A stretch of DNA of 43,406 nt, filler included, from Lenisia limosa (GCA_001655205.1; 7 parts of 7 records of this genome joined end to end with filler, not necessarily neighbours in it); one strand, 5' to 3'. Shown: positions 10,956 to 24,042, counted from the first letter of the whole stretch. Made by a program: numbers and translations. The notes: generated by a model from the sequence alone, not told the origin.

Positions 10956-12385
10956 TTATGGGTGAGGGGATACGGCTGTTGGTGGTTGAGAAGGGTGACA
11001 TGTCAACAAGTGGCCTCGGTGACACGCATGGAAGTTCTTGCGGTCAATAGTTGGGCGTCCGGCAGAGGTGAGTAAGTCAGAGTAGGCAATGTGCGCATTG
11101 GTCAATGAGGTTGTGCACAATCCACATCTGCCAGCACCGAGTTTGTCGTAAATAGTCAATATTGCCGATTAAAAAGTAAAAAGTAATACTATCATTTGTA
11201 ATTAAACACATAAGTCCCCCCTTATAAAGAGCGGAAAGCATCGGTAGGATCAACGTTCACCATAATCAGGTTGTACCAATGCACAACAGCGAGACAGGAA
11301 ACGGTCTTAAACAATGAAAGAACAAAGCCATAATCATAGAAAAATGTAATATCATCCCTCATACAACTCGGTCATGACAGCCAGGCTCGCGACGCTTGAC
11401 TGATGTGGGGCGGATGTCATCATCAAAAGTGGTCATCATTGTTGCGGGCCCACCATCCAGCCAGCAGCTCCAGCGGATATCATCAGACTACATCTCGATG
11501 TAGTCACCTTTCTTATCAAGAAATGAGCTTGCTTCTCTTCTTTGGAGTAGGGGGCGCCTCTTGCGTTGCGGTTCGTGCCACATGCGTTGAGGGTCTTGAA
11601 GAGCGTGGTCGAAGTAAACAGGTTGTCAAGAGCAATGATGTGACCTTCAGCAGTGAGGGTCTTGACGAGCTATGGGACGTGCTTGCAGATCTTGGTACCT
11701 TCTCCCGCGATGGCGTAAACCCCGATAAGGTTGGCTTCTTTTGACCGCTGACCTGATGAAGTGAATCACAAAAAATTATCAAAAAAAGAGAGAAGAATCC
11801 CCCCCCCCTCAAGAATACAAATAAAAACATACTTAACCAGCCTTGAAAGTGACGTACTTAGACTTGGTAGCAATCATCTGTTCATCAATGGCAAGATGGC
11901 ATCTCAAACGAGACTCCTTGATGTACTGAAGATAGGTGGGGAGAGTGGTAGATGGATCACGGAGACTGATGGATGGTTAACAATACAAGAGATTTAAAAC
12001 TTAAGAGATTAAGCGAAAAAAATGGAATAAAAACAATGCATTTTTACAAAATCCCAAAAAAACAACCCAACATACTATTGTAGGTTAAGATTGGACCATG
12101 TTGACACCTTATTGAGAAGGGCCATCATGATGTTAAAGGCCTAATAATTAAGAAATTATCAAATTTACAGGAATAATAAAAAAGCAAACCTCAATAGGGT
12201 AGGGGAGGTCGCTGTGCAGGAGGGTCCGACATGGTGAGAATCGCTGAAAGCAAGTTCTCCGATCTTCTGGGGCTTGTTTGTCCAAGTGGTTGTGTAAGAT
12301 CCGCTGGAAGTCTTTCAATTTGGCGAAGGAGGGTAATACGCTCCGGAGTTGGGCCAAGCAAGGCAGTATTTGGCTTAGTACTCAA
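10956..12385 (-). pseudogene. Decayed gag/ORF1-like low-complexity coding fragments
   Basis: Pro/Ser/Thr/Arg-rich broken ORFs on the same strand, upstream of the RNase H remnant. Positional inference only. Confidence 0.3.
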
Positions 12386-12673
12386 TTAAAACTGCAAAAC
12401 AGAGTGCCACCACCAAAGATTCAACTAACTGATAAAACCTTAAACTTGAGACTAAAACAGGTTCATGAAAGGAAATAAAAACGTTTGTGAAATGGGGTAT
12501 GTTTCAAATTGACAGAAAAAGGGCTTCTATTTTACGTAATACCTCTCATGTTTAAAACTGGACCAATATGGTACGGTGTCCCATAAATAGATATCAGATA
12601 GTATATCATATAGATTATATAGCATATCATATTAGATATAGCATATTATATGATATATGATAAATACACTGTA

Positions 12674-15600
12674 TATCTGTAAAGTCCAGAAATATGTTAT
12701 TGTTTCAAAAAATGAAAAGTGTTCAGAATTGCTCAAAAATCATTTTTACAAATATTAAACTTTTCCATGAATTGATTTTTGAGTCACCCAGTTTCCATTT
12801 AACCACATATTTTCTGAAAAACAACTTTAAAGTAAGAGCAAAAATTGATTTTTTTATTTTCTCTAAAAAGTTTGGAATTGAAAAGCTGAAAAATGGATTT
12901 ATCTCTTGATGATACGGCACTAAAAAAAGTGACTTCCAACGGCGACAACTTTCGGGCAGAAGTGAGAGGAAAAAAACCTGACAGGTACGTAAAATGTGGT
13001 GTAATTTCACATTTTATGATCAATTTTTCATATGCAGCTCAATGTACCTTGATTTTTTGTGTAAAACTTATTTATCTTCTGTATATCAAGTTTTTATTCC
13101 ATTAAAAAGGCGATTTAATCATTATAGACTCTTAAATTAAGGGCATTGTTTGAGAGGAAAAAACCTGACACCTAGCAAAGACAGCATGTGAAAACAATTT
13201 TATTGTTGTTAATTCCTACAAACATCATATTTTTGTCTTGGTCATTAAGACACAGCAAAATAAGACTTAAAGTAATGTATTTTAGAGATGGTATCACTTA
13301 ACCAATTTGTTGGGAGAGGCTTGAAATGGGTGGAAATTCCAACTAATATTAAAAACATTTACGTCAGTCACCAAGGGCAATTGTACCATGAAGCCAAAAC
13401 TGCATTACGCTGTGAAGGAAAAGATTCATCTAGTAAGCCATTAAAAAAGGTTTATTATTTGGTTTAATTTAGGTATTTAAGGCCACATATTGTAGTTACA
13501 TTCCTAAAATGGAGCACAGAGGTGATACTCTTGCTGGTGAAGCTGCATTACCAAATATCCCAAAACCTATCTTTGATCGTGCTTGTGATGACTTCATTAA
13601 GAAACAATTCCCTTTGATTGGAAGACCAGTTGGTCGAAAGAAAAATATATGTAATGAAACCGAAGATAGCATCATTTCTGACATCAAACAGATGTATTCA
13701 TTGGTTTGCATACATTGTTGTTTATTCGTTTAGACTGGTGGTGTGGGGTGGTGTGGTTGCCACCAAAACAATTATGGAAATTGGAAGGGCAAACCAAGTG
13801 AATTTGTCAAGAACTTCATGCTTTGAATTGAAGAGTGCAGCAAACATCAAATCTAGTATCACATGGGAAAGAAGATGTGCTTCACAGGTAAGGGTTTTTT
13901 TTGTATTCTACAGCCTGAAAATACTGTTTCGCATGGAAAAGCTGTTGCACAATCTCGCCATGAGTATTCATTTCTGAAACCATACATCAAAGGAACCGAC
14001 AAACAGCTCTTTAAATCTGCCATTAAAGCCAGGAAGGAGTTCTTTGCCATGAAAGAATTATTACAAATTATCTCATCAATGCAAGGAGACACTGTGACAA
14101 TATGGATGAAGGTTAGAAGGAAGGATTCAAACTATTTTTCTTGTTCAGAAATGTTGGAGGAATGCAATGTGTCGCTCAAGAGTCACTATTCAAAGGCAAG
14201 GGATTTTGATTCACCAACTCAAAAACTTATTCATTCTCTCCTTAAGTTGTTAAAAACTCGTAGAGTAAAGCAAATATGGAGCTGTATACCAAAGCTTGTA
14301 AAGAGCTATAACGAATTGTTTCCTGTCATTGACCCAAAATGTATCATATCTGCCGACGAAACCTCATGTTTCAATTTTTGATGGAATTGCAGGCAGTCCA
14401 AGATCATCAACTCTGACAGTCAGTCATCTCATTGGCTGGTCAAATGCTTGGGACTGGTTACATTGTTGGTGGCGATGTTATTTCAAAGAAAGCATTTTCT
14501 GAAGAAAGGGAGCCACTCATGTTTGAAAAATCATCAGATCATCAAATTGCCAAAAAGCTTCTTGATGGATGGAGCCCTGAATGGTTGCCACCAGACTATG
14601 ATCTCAGAATATGTCCACCTTCAGTTGAAGTTAGAACCTCTGATTTGAAATTAATCCATTTCTGCCTTGGTGTTGCCGAAAAAGGTTTATTTAACAACCA
14701 GTGCTTTCTCAAAGTGTTACGTGCAATTCGAAAGAAGTGGTATCGTGCTTCTTGCATATATTATTGTACTTATCTTTTAGACCGCTCTTATATGTGTTTG
14801 GAATGATGATTAGAGTGGAACCTGCACAAACATCCCATTTTCTTCAGGTAAGACTGTTTTGTTATTGTTACAAATATCTAGAGTAATGACGCACAAGTTT
14901 ACAGATCAATGAATGCTTAGATTAAGAAAGAAGTGGCACATTTTTTGAAGACTGAGGGAAACATGTAAGTTATTTTCCAAGTGTTTACCTTTAGAAGGAA
15001 TGAGGCTCAATTGGCAAATTTGACTCGTGGTGTACTGGAATCTGTCACAGTTGACGTTGTAAGGAAANNNNNNNNNNCGTCTTTCGCCAGAAGAATTACC
15101 CATCTTCTTCTGACCCTGGCTATTTAAAATCCCTCTTTGAACAATCAAATATGACTGCCCCGCCTAAATCTCCAATGCTCTTATCTGAATGTCCAGCTTA
15201 TCCTGAGTTCAAATCATCCCTTGACCCTAGGCAAAAGGCTGAAGTCAGGACTCGCATACTGGATGCTCCTTGTAAATGGTCGCTCAGTGATGAACTATCA
15301 ATTTCAAAACGCGTAAAATCCCAAACCAAACACTTTGACCCATTGCACAAGCAATTGCTGTTTCAACTGCTGCAGCCGCATATCAAAGTTCCAACCCTTC
15401 GTTGGTGGCATTAACCACCGTTCACTGTGCAGCAAAAGCTATGGAATTGGGTGAAGAAACTGCAGCATCAATCCTGTCATCTATCTATGGTGCACTTGAG
15501 TTGGGTCCTATATCAGATTTAACTGATTTTGACGAGTTGGAAGTTGTCAGGGGAGAACGCGGAAGTAAAACTGTCAACATTTCAAAAGACCAAGTTGTTA

Positions 15601-15937
15601 TTTCAAAGTCATCAATTGTTGAAAAAACCAAGCAAAAGAGAAACTGTCCGACAAAGAATGGTGCCGTTCTTGGTCCGAAAGCTGTGAAAACACGAGCAGC
15701 AGCAAGACAGAAAAGAGACACGAAAATACAAGGTTTGGTTGATGTTTTGACTATTACTATAACTTCACTTAGATGAAAAATATTTGATGGATAACCCTAA
15801 AAAACGTGGAAGTAAGTTGTCATTTCTGAGAGCGAATGCACTTGATAGGATACAATTATCAACATTTTTTTCTAAAAACAAATTTTGAAAAAATAACACA
15901 TTTCCAAAAAATAACATATTTCTGGACTCTACAGATA
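12674..15937 (+). mobile_element. pogo/Fot1-like (DDE_1) DNA transposon
   Basis: 31-bp inverted repeat GTATATCTGT(A/G)AGTCCAGAAATATGTTATT at 12671-12701 and 15910-15940 (30/31 identity), with TA dinucleotides at the ends. Internal transposase. Confidence 0.75.
13388..15776 (+). pseudogene. Intron-containing pogo/Tigger/Fot1-like transposase, degenerate
   Basis: Introns 13433-13472, 13694-13733 and 13888-13913 join a continuous frame. Motifs: GRKK HTH-like start, IDPKCIISADETS, GLFNNQCFLKVL, PAQTSHFLQ/SND (typical LPxHTTHxLQPLD). Frameshifts after 14380 and a stop near 14915. Confidence 0.7.
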
Positions 15938-16992
15938 TACATATACATGTACATATAATATATATATTATATCATATAATATACAATGTAACATAGAAAC
16001 GATTTAGTTATAATCTTTTAAATCCAGTAAATATATGCAAAGGTTGTATTCATTATTTTCTTGATTTTTTTGAAAAACTGATATGAGTGATTAGCCTATT
16101 CCTGTGACTATCTCAGATCAAAAACAAATCAAATCAAGTATAACTTACAAAAAATTGGCAACTTTGTCACTTTTTCGCCCATCCCTAAGTAATTGAAGAA
16201 TTTGATCCATTCTTGAACACAATCTTGAGACATTGAAAGAAAATTATCATTCAAAAAGGAGAGCAAATTATTCAAAAATTAAAAAGTAAAACCTAACATG
16301 ACAAACAATAAATTCAATATAGTTTGTTGGGGTTACTAGTAACTTTGAGATGGTCATCACAATTACTTGCCAAAAAGAGCAATGCAGCAGCTTAGTAGCT
16401 CCCACACTAATACTCGAATGTATCTCCCTTACAAGGTTTATGATCGAACCATCGCTTTCTTCAACTATAAGGCAACCCAAAAGATGACCACGCGTTAGAT
16501 GTGTATCTAACTTTGCTACTTCTCGAAGACAGTTGATAACATACTTCTCTATCTAAGTCGTCAAAAATCAGTAAAACTAGTCGTTCAACAGCAAAAACAT
16601 GTGATAATAAGTTCAAACGTTAGATTCGAACACCACGAGCATATGGAAAACAGCACACATGTAAAAATCGCCAAATATGTATCATGTACTCACACGCCTT
16701 GTTATTATTTATAAGAAAAGCAGCTTCTCACAAAAACGTTTTCTCCGAAATAAACTGGCTATAACGTGGTTTAGCCCTTTTTTTTTGGTTTTGGCTAAAA
16801 AATTGATAAATATGAAGTAATTCCCATCACCCTTCGGAATAGTTTTTCATATAACAGCTTTGGGTCGCAAAAAAAAAAAAGCCCACTTTCTCCGACTCAG
16901 GGGGCTAATATTGGACCTTTACATGATTGAGTCAAGGAATCTGGCCCGCTTGAAACACAAGACGGTAAACCACACTAGAAGATGTTGGAGTT

Positions 16993-17290
16993 TTAAAACT
17001 CTAAACAAGACAAAAAGCAACAACAGAGAATAAAACTAGTACTTCGTAAAGGCACCACCTTTAATAATGACCGCTTGGCAACGTCGTCCCATGAGAAGAG
17101 GAGGTTTTGAACTTCTTTCTTACTTTTATTGGTACGGTGTGCTTTATTGAAGAAGAAGATCAATGTTTCCTTGACCATCAACAATCTCCCTTTAAACCCT
17201 TGAGCACGTCTGGTGTATCTTGGAACGTCGTCTTCGTTAGCAAGAGGAATACCCTTCAAATCAGAGACCTTTGGTTGGAACCGCCTTCAG
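16993..17290 (-). other. Unassigned coding-like fragment, weakly PH/GRAM-like
   Basis: FKGRLLMVKETLIFF...LLFSWDDVAK. No clean splice model found. Confidence 0.2.
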
Positions 17291-17618
17291 GTGGCTTGGG
17301 ACACTATCTCACCCGCGACCATGTTGCTGACACATTCTTCCAAATTACATATCTGTGGATTTGGCAACCATTTTTTGACAAACTAACTTAAGAAAAAACA
17401 ATGCTGAAAAAGTAAGTTCGGTTCATTAATGAACTGAACTCTGATGTCAAATCAATTCACTGTTTGAAATTAAATTCATTTCAATCAAGAATTCACAAAA
17501 TTCATCTATCTGGGGTTATTCGAATGCGTTCCCCCATATATCTCAAAAAGGAAACGGACAATTCTAGCCAGTCTGTGTTTTTGAATAAAGATATATTAAA
17601 GTATATATACATATATGT

Positions 17619-17726
17619 GGGTCCTCAAAGCTCCGGACATCATTCAAAATTCCCGGACACATCAAAACAGCTTGAAGTTAATGCCTTGTATAGGCCATTG
17701 CTAGTGTTTTTTGAAAATCTGTTTCG
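17619..17726 (+). repeat. Truncated copy of the MITE-like element at 32591
   Basis: GGGTCCTCAAAGCTCCGGACA...CAGCTTGAAGTT matches 32591-32707. Ends at a gap. Confidence 0.75.
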
Positions 17727-17770
17727 NNNNNNNNNNNNNNNNNNNNNNNNNNNNNNNNNNNNNNNNNNNN

Positions 17771-17782
17771 TTAATTAATTAA
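17771..17782. other. Artificial scaffolding spacer TTAATTAATTAA (also at 19468, 21846, 23648, 31202, 36183)
   Basis: Identical 12-mer with stops in all six frames, always inside N runs (44 N each side at this site). Confidence 0.95.
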
Positions 17783-18497
17783 NNNNNNNNNNNNNNNNNN
17801 NNNNNNNNNNNNNNNNNNNNNNNNNNTTATGAAATAAAATGACACAACCAACTGTTGTCCAGCAACACATGAGTTGAAAATAACAAACGAAGCCCAGGCC
17901 AACCACTTCAATCTCCATGGGAGTAAAACGAAGAAAATTTCGATGAAGAATGGGGATATTTCTCAAGGATTAGGACATCAAAGTATGAATCAAAATACTA
18001 ATTGCCACCAGTAAGTACACTTCTAATATACAATCGTTTGAGTGTTTTTTTTTTGGTTCCAGAACGATTGCGGGATCCCACTGATTACTCGCAAACACGA
18101 TTCCANNNNNNNNNNNNNNNNNNNNNNNNNNNNNNNNNNNNNNNNNNNNNNNNNNNNNNNNNNNNNNNNNNNNNNNNNNNNNNNNNNNNNNNNNNNNNNN
18201 NNNNNNNNNNNNNNNNNNNNNNNNNNNNNNNNNNNNNNNNNNNNNNNNNNNNNNNNNNNNNNNNNNNNNNNNNNNNNNNNNNNNNNNNNNNNNNNNNNNN
18301 NNNNNNNNNNNNNNNNNNNNNNNNNNNNNNNNNNNNNNNNNNNNNNNNNNNNNNNNNNNNNNNNNNNNNNNNNNNGCTGACAACACACAAGGGTTGATAA
18401 AAACAAAACAAAGCCAGTCGCTTCTAGCATCCCATCACTCACTCCAGCGAATAGTACAATGGAAATGGTATGAAACAAAAATTATTGTGGGCCCTAC

Positions 18498-19423
18498 CTT
18501 TTTTCCTAAAGAGATCTTTGAGATCGTTGCTAAGGCCTTCATCATCAATGGAAAGTTCGGAAAGCGGTAAGGTCTCAATATTGACGTTGATTTTTACATT
18601 CGCTTTTCCTAGTGGGGGGAGTAAAATTCGAAATTTATAAAACAAAAAAAAACCCAAATTGGGAAAATTATNNNNNNNNNNNNNNNNNNNNNNNNNNNNN
18701 NNNNNNNNNNNNNNNNNNNNNNNNNNNNNNNNNNNNNNNNNNNNNNNNNNNNNNNNNNNNNNNNNNNNNNNNNNNNNNNNNNNNNNNNNNNNNNNNNNNN
18801 NNNNNNNNNNNNNNNNNNNNNNNNNNNNNNNNNNNNNNNNNNNNNNNNNNNNNNNNNNNNNNNNNNNNNNNNNNNNNNNNNNNNNNNNNNNNNNNTTCGC
18901 TTTTTTGAAGCGAAAGAGAGAGCATAATGAAGAACTTAGGTCGTTTTTTGGACCCCACATACCACAGACAATTGCCCATGTGCTGGTCGGGAGGGGGTCA
19001 TAGGTGATAGTGGTGTCGACGACATGAGTAAGAAGAGAACGGAGGGACTGGATTGAACTGACAAAGCCCTTGGTGCGAGGGTAAAGGAGATTTTCGAGTG
19101 GCTGTTCCCCCTTTTCTTCGGCGAAGGACTAGAAAGATTAAATTGGTGTGGAGAAAAAGAGCTGTAACCGAGAGAGTAACTTGAGTGATTTAGATTTGAT
19201 GTAATATGACATAAGAGAACAACAGTTATGATTTTCATAACGACTAAAATAGTAAAATTTTAGTAACAAGAACATAAAAATCACCGTAAGTATATGTTCG
19301 GATATCCGTGACAATTTTCTCAAAATATAACCAAAACAAATGGTAGGGGGAGGGAAGTACCTGGGCATTTTTGAGTTTCTTGAGGGACGTGATAGACTCC
19401 TTGTGGAGCCTTGAGCCTTCAGG
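18498..19423 (-). CDS. 1-acyl-sn-glycerol-3-phosphate / lysocardiolipin acyltransferase (AGPAT3/4/5-LCLAT1 type), partial
   Basis: Exons 19423-19361, 19128-18963 and 18608-18498 splice in phase to PEGSRL...AQSFAEEKG..LENLLYPRTKGF...VVDTTITY...GKANVKINVNIETLP...LKDLFRKK. PEG and PRTKGF are family motifs. Both ends are lost in gaps. Confidence 0.85.
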
Positions 19424-20159
19424 NNNNNNNNNNNNNNNNNNNNNNNNNNNNNNNNNNNNNNNNNNNNTTAATTAATTAANNNNNNNNNNNNNNNNNNNNN
19501 NNNNNNNNNNNNNNNNNNNNNNNGAATGAGTGGATGCTGGTGGTATTTCATTGAAATTGCCTTCATTTACTCCCTTGCTTTCAAACGACAACATAGTTGA
19601 TTATTTATCGTGAAATGCAGTCTTTTTTTGGGACCGTAGGGAAGCCCTAGTTATGTTGTTTCCAACCCTCGTGTGCTCTCGTGTTACTAGTCTTGATTTG
19701 GGGGTGTTGTGTTTCATAAACTTTCCAATTTTACTCCCCCCCCCCNNNNNNNNNNNNNNNNNNNNNNNNNNNNNNNNNNNNNNNNNNNNNNNNNNNNNNN
19801 NNNNNNNNNNNNNNNNNNNNNNNNNNNNNNNNNNNNNNNNNNNNNNNNNNNNNNNNNNNNNNNNNNNNNNNNNNNNNNNNNNNNNNNNNNNNNNNNNNNN
19901 AGGGCTCCCCCCAGCTCTAATGGTATTTCACCCTTCTTTCTTGGATTCTAGGTTCTATGTTTTTTTTTTCTCCCCGTTTTTCAGTACTGTACACTTTATT
20001 TTGTTAGTTTATTTATGCGTTTTGTGGACCTTTCAACTGGAAACATCTAAATGGTGATACTGTGAATAGTATCATGTCATATGATTTGTAGGATGTCATT
20101 TATTTCATCGAAAGACATATTATAAAAAATAACATCTTCCAAGGAATATGGGTAACATC

Positions 20160-20690
20160 AGGGGTTAGAGAAACCCCGCCTTTCAGATGATAATACTTTA
20201 TAGTATATTATATTGTACAGTATATGGAAAGACCCAACACCATTTTGAAGTGAAAAGCCTTTGCGTCCAATGATGAGACACCCCACACCATCAAAGCAGA
20301 TGATATAGAAAAACGATATGATGCATCCATCGCATGTCGAATACCCAACTTCACGACATGACCAAAAGCTTAAGGGACATTTTACGATGACGTTACATTT
20401 CGTTGTCGCACTCCTTCCTGGGGCTGTGGAGGTGAAAAATGAGATTGAATTACACATATTATTTTCAACAACTATAAAGGCATACCGTAGTTGGATCTGC
20501 TGTACCCCCCCCCCNNNNNNNNNNNNNNNNNNNNNNNNNNNNNNNNNNNNNNNNNNNNNTGTACCCCCCCCCCCAACAGTTTGCTGTACGCTTTTCACGG
20601 CACGGGGTAAACGGCCTTCACTGCGCGTGGGCTTGCGCGGCTTACGCAATCTCTTGTCCTTATCCAGATCGAGGAGCTCTCTGATCAGGC
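20160..20690 (-). other. Unassigned probable exons (IGLIRELLDLDKDKRLRK...; FGHVVKLGIRHAMDASYRF...)
   Basis: Open frames following AG acceptors, interrupted by a gap. May or may not belong to the acyltransferase gene. Confidence 0.25.
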
Positions 20691-21492
20691 CGATCTAAAT
20701 GTCAAAATAGAAAATCTCATTGAATATTGTAGATATACATGCCATTTAATCATCAAACATGTTCGCTATTAATTATTTAACTCATGTTGTACTTTTTTAT
20801 TTTTGTGTGATTTGGAGCAAAATAAATGAAAACGTAATACAAGTTATTTTAGTTTTATATTAAGAGATAAAGAGAGGTAAAGAGTCTTAGATGAAGAGTG
20901 TTTAGCTCAACCTCCCGATCAGATTTAGCAAAGTACAGAAAATAAAAATTTTATGACAAAATGGGCTAACTACTGCAATGTTATTTAATGAAATGTGCCT
21001 CCTGGTGGTGTGATTTTTTTATGGTGAACACCTAATTCACATGAAATTGAATTTTACAATAATCCACCAATAAATATAATATTGATACCTTCCTAGTATT
21101 GTGCAATATCTGGTCTTTTAAAAGTGATATGTTGGTCTATCCATTCCCCAGCCCTCCTCCTCCCTTACTTTAACGAGGAAGAACTGCCAGAATACATACC
21201 ATCCTGAAAAGAGTAAATTTTGGGACTTTATGCAGTTGATTTTTCGAGATATTTTATATTTCCCAAAAAACATGTATAAAGTCAAAAGTAAAGTTAACAT
21301 AATATAGCATAACTCAAAGAGAGAAGTAGTGCTATTCATCCCCCCAACCTCCGACAACCAAGAAGAAAGTGGCAATGACAGAAGAGAAAGCTAGGATCGT
21401 ATCCTGGACTCCCTCGGGAAGCACTAAGGGTCAGAGGTAAGTTTGTCATAAAAAGGCAAATCCTTATTCGCCTCCATTAAAATAAAAAACAA

Positions 21493-21577
21493 TTCAGTTT
21501 CTGTTCCAAAAATCACAGAATTTTCGATAAATCCTCGAAAAATATGGATAATTGTATGTTTTGAAACCCAAGTGAAG
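21493..21577. mobile_element. Mini-MITE family copy (see 29821)
   Basis: Ends TTCAGTTTCTGTTCCAAAAA / TTTTGAAACCCCAAGTGAA. The interior is the reverse complement of the interior of the 29821 copy. Confidence 0.6.
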
Positions 21578-22025
21578 CTCAAGATTCCCTTTCAAACATA
21601 CCATTCCAGAAGTCAACAACGCCTTCGAAGAAGGAGTAAATCTGATCCGCCATTAAAAATGAGGCGTTTCGTTCTTTCCTTGGCTTGTCTGTTGTTAATG
21701 CTAAACCAAAATGAAACCTGGAGATAAGGATTTATGCTCTTTCATTATCACGTTCTATTTGACATTGCTTACAGTTTACTAAATACCATCATTTGCATTT
21801 CNNNNNNNNNNNNNNNNNNNNNNNNNNNNNNNNNNNNNNNNNNNNTTAATTAATTAANNNNNNNNNNNNNNNNNNNNNNNNNNNNNNNNNNNNNNNNNNN
21901 NCTCGACCAAAAAAAAACAGCCTTGAAACACCAAGCCTTGCGCCAGCTTGCCAACTTGTGAACACAACCCAATAACAACAACAAATTAATGCAACACAAA
22001 TCTCACATCTCCTCCTTACGAGAAA

Positions 22026-23257
22026 ATGATCGAAACGCATTGCTTTGAAGAGATATTTGGCAGCACTACCATCGCTCTACAAATCTACACTCTCAAAGAC
22101 ACTGTTATTGTCTATATTGGTTGGTTCATGTAAAGGCTGAATACTTGTGGATGCTAGAAAATTGGGCTAACTTTGTGTCTAATTATTCACTTTTTGGGTC
22201 TTTTTTTCACATTTTCCACTTGTGATATGATACCTCCTATCCACTCGTATAATAGTTGACTGAAAGTCTGAATGATACTCTGATACAGCCGGGATAAACC
22301 CTTTTTCTTTCAGCATTTCGATTTGAAAATCGATCATATACACTATATTATCAGTATGCATATCCATACATACTGGGGAGGCAACAGTTAGGCAAATGTC
22401 TGGGTGAAAAATAATCCAATGTGTGGATATCTCTTATCACCATGATGGTGTGGACGGCTTTTCTTATCAACATGATGGTGTGGACGGCTTTTCTTATCAA
22501 CATGATGGTGTGGACGGCTTTTTGGGCAGATAATATACTCAATTTCCACAAATTTCACCCCGCAGGTGATTCTGAGTTCAATCTGTCTCAGCTCTCTCTT
22601 GCGCTGAGTACTGAAGTAAGCTTAGACACGAAATTATTACTGACACTTGATGTTTTTTTACATTATTACTTCAAAAATAGAGTGACTCTTTGAAATAGTA
22701 GCTATCAATTCTCCAAGGAAATCAGATGTTGTTCCCTTTTTGATTTTAAGCAGGGTTCCAGGTGAAAAGGTTGTCTATGATATCAGATTGAATCAAAGCA
22801 TAGGCCTTCTTTGAAATTATTTATGGAGTGTTTTGAGATATTACAACAGACTAAGAGTTTCTATCTCACATTCAGGGCGAGCCGGTTGCCTCGGATCTCC
22901 TTCTGGGTGCTAGTGACCCATGGTTTTCGGAAGTTTCCAAGCGATTGGGTTTGTGGGAGCCAAATTTAAGAGTAGCTATCAGATCATAGTATATTTATAT
23001 TCCTCAGCTCTGACTAGATTTTCGCCAAAACTTATAATGGCAAACAAATGTGGTTGATTTGGTTACACTCATGTGACTTTTAGCCTTGAAAAGAGGGGGT
23101 GCAGTGTTCCTTATGGGAGATGTCCCAATTAGCGGTGCTTTGAGGGTATGCTAACCAGTCTCTATGTTGACATGGTAACAGTGAAAATGTTTTAACCCCC
23201 ACCCCCCAGGTGGAACTGGAGCGCTGTATTTCTTGTAGAATTGATGAACTGACGTAG
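22026..23257 (+). CDS. PSMG4: Proteasome assembly chaperone 4 (PAC4)-like, 108 aa, 5 exons
   Basis: Exons 22026-22119, 22566-22615, 22876-22948, 23084-23145 and 23210-23257, all GT-AG and in phase: MIETHCFEEIFG...TVIVYIGDSEFNLSQLSLAL..EPVASDLLLG..EVSKRLALKRGGAVF. Resembles the PSMG4 pattern LWVG..L.NLAVAM..PVSTSLLG..LAQRLARK..VF. Confidence 0.65.
22212..22340 (-). repeat. Dispersed repeat, copy A (others at 24043-24110 + and 28423-28560 -)
   Basis: Shared core ATACGAGTGGATA(T/G)GAGGTATCATATCAC. Confidence 0.8.
22432..22521. repeat. 30-bp tandem repeat x3 in PSMG4-like intron 1
   Basis: TCTTATCA(C/A)CATGATGGTGTGGACGGCTTT x3, no spacers. Confidence 0.95.
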
Positions 23258-24042
23258 ACTAATCCACACATAACCTTTTTTCTTACTTACGTTCTCAAGC
23301 ATGTTGAACAATGGAATTAACGTTTTTTTTTTTGACCTGTTTTTTTATTCTCCCATGGGCACCCAAAATTCAAAACTAGATAAATTAAAAAACAAAGGAC
23401 GAACAGGGGGGAAACAAGTGTCAAAATACCAGGAAGCTTAGGAGCCCAAAGTCTCATATGTCTGCTCCACCTCATCATCCATAAGGCGACTTGGCGGTCG
23501 TGCCTGTTGGCTCGATTGGCTCGATTTCTTGCGTTGGTGGTTCTTTCGGGGGGTCCGGGTCCGCCTGCTTCCTGGAGGGTGAAACTATTGGATGATTAGG
23601 GGANNNNNNNNNNNNNNNNNNNNNNNNNNNNNNNNNNNNNNNNNNNNTTAATTAATTAANNNNNNNNNNNNNNNNNNNNNNNNNNNNNNNNNNNNNNNNN
23701 NNNAGAATATTGGCGTACAGGTACTAATCACGAACCGAATAATCTGAAACCCCAAACAAACAAAAAAAAAAAATGAGCTAACCAACGCTAAAACTAGACA
23801 AAAGCGTAAAATTGGACAATTTATGAAACAAAAAAGCCCAATCAACTCTATTAGCTGACAACACACGTAAAAATCGAAGAATTACGAACAAATACTTTTG
23901 CTTGACCCCCTACCTCTCACTCCCCCAGTTGCCCCCTGTGTGAGTACTCCCCAGCTTACTGGACGATGGCAAGTTGCCCACGACCCTCATCATCAACTGC
24001 TCTCCTGCGATGTGAAAAGAATCAAAAGCTGGTTTCAATGTT

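Noticed and set aside
742-16000. Fanzor/TnpB-like RNA-guided nuclease within the transposons
   Set aside because: I found no RuvC-type motif series with the associated zinc finger in either DNA transposon or nearby ORFs. An HMM search would be needed to exclude it formally.
17970-19003. Long ORFs in the supplied track
   Set aside because: Mostly X residues translated from N gaps (same for 31336-31813).
22432-22521. CRISPR-like array (30-bp repeats)
   Set aside because: Units are contiguous with no spacers.
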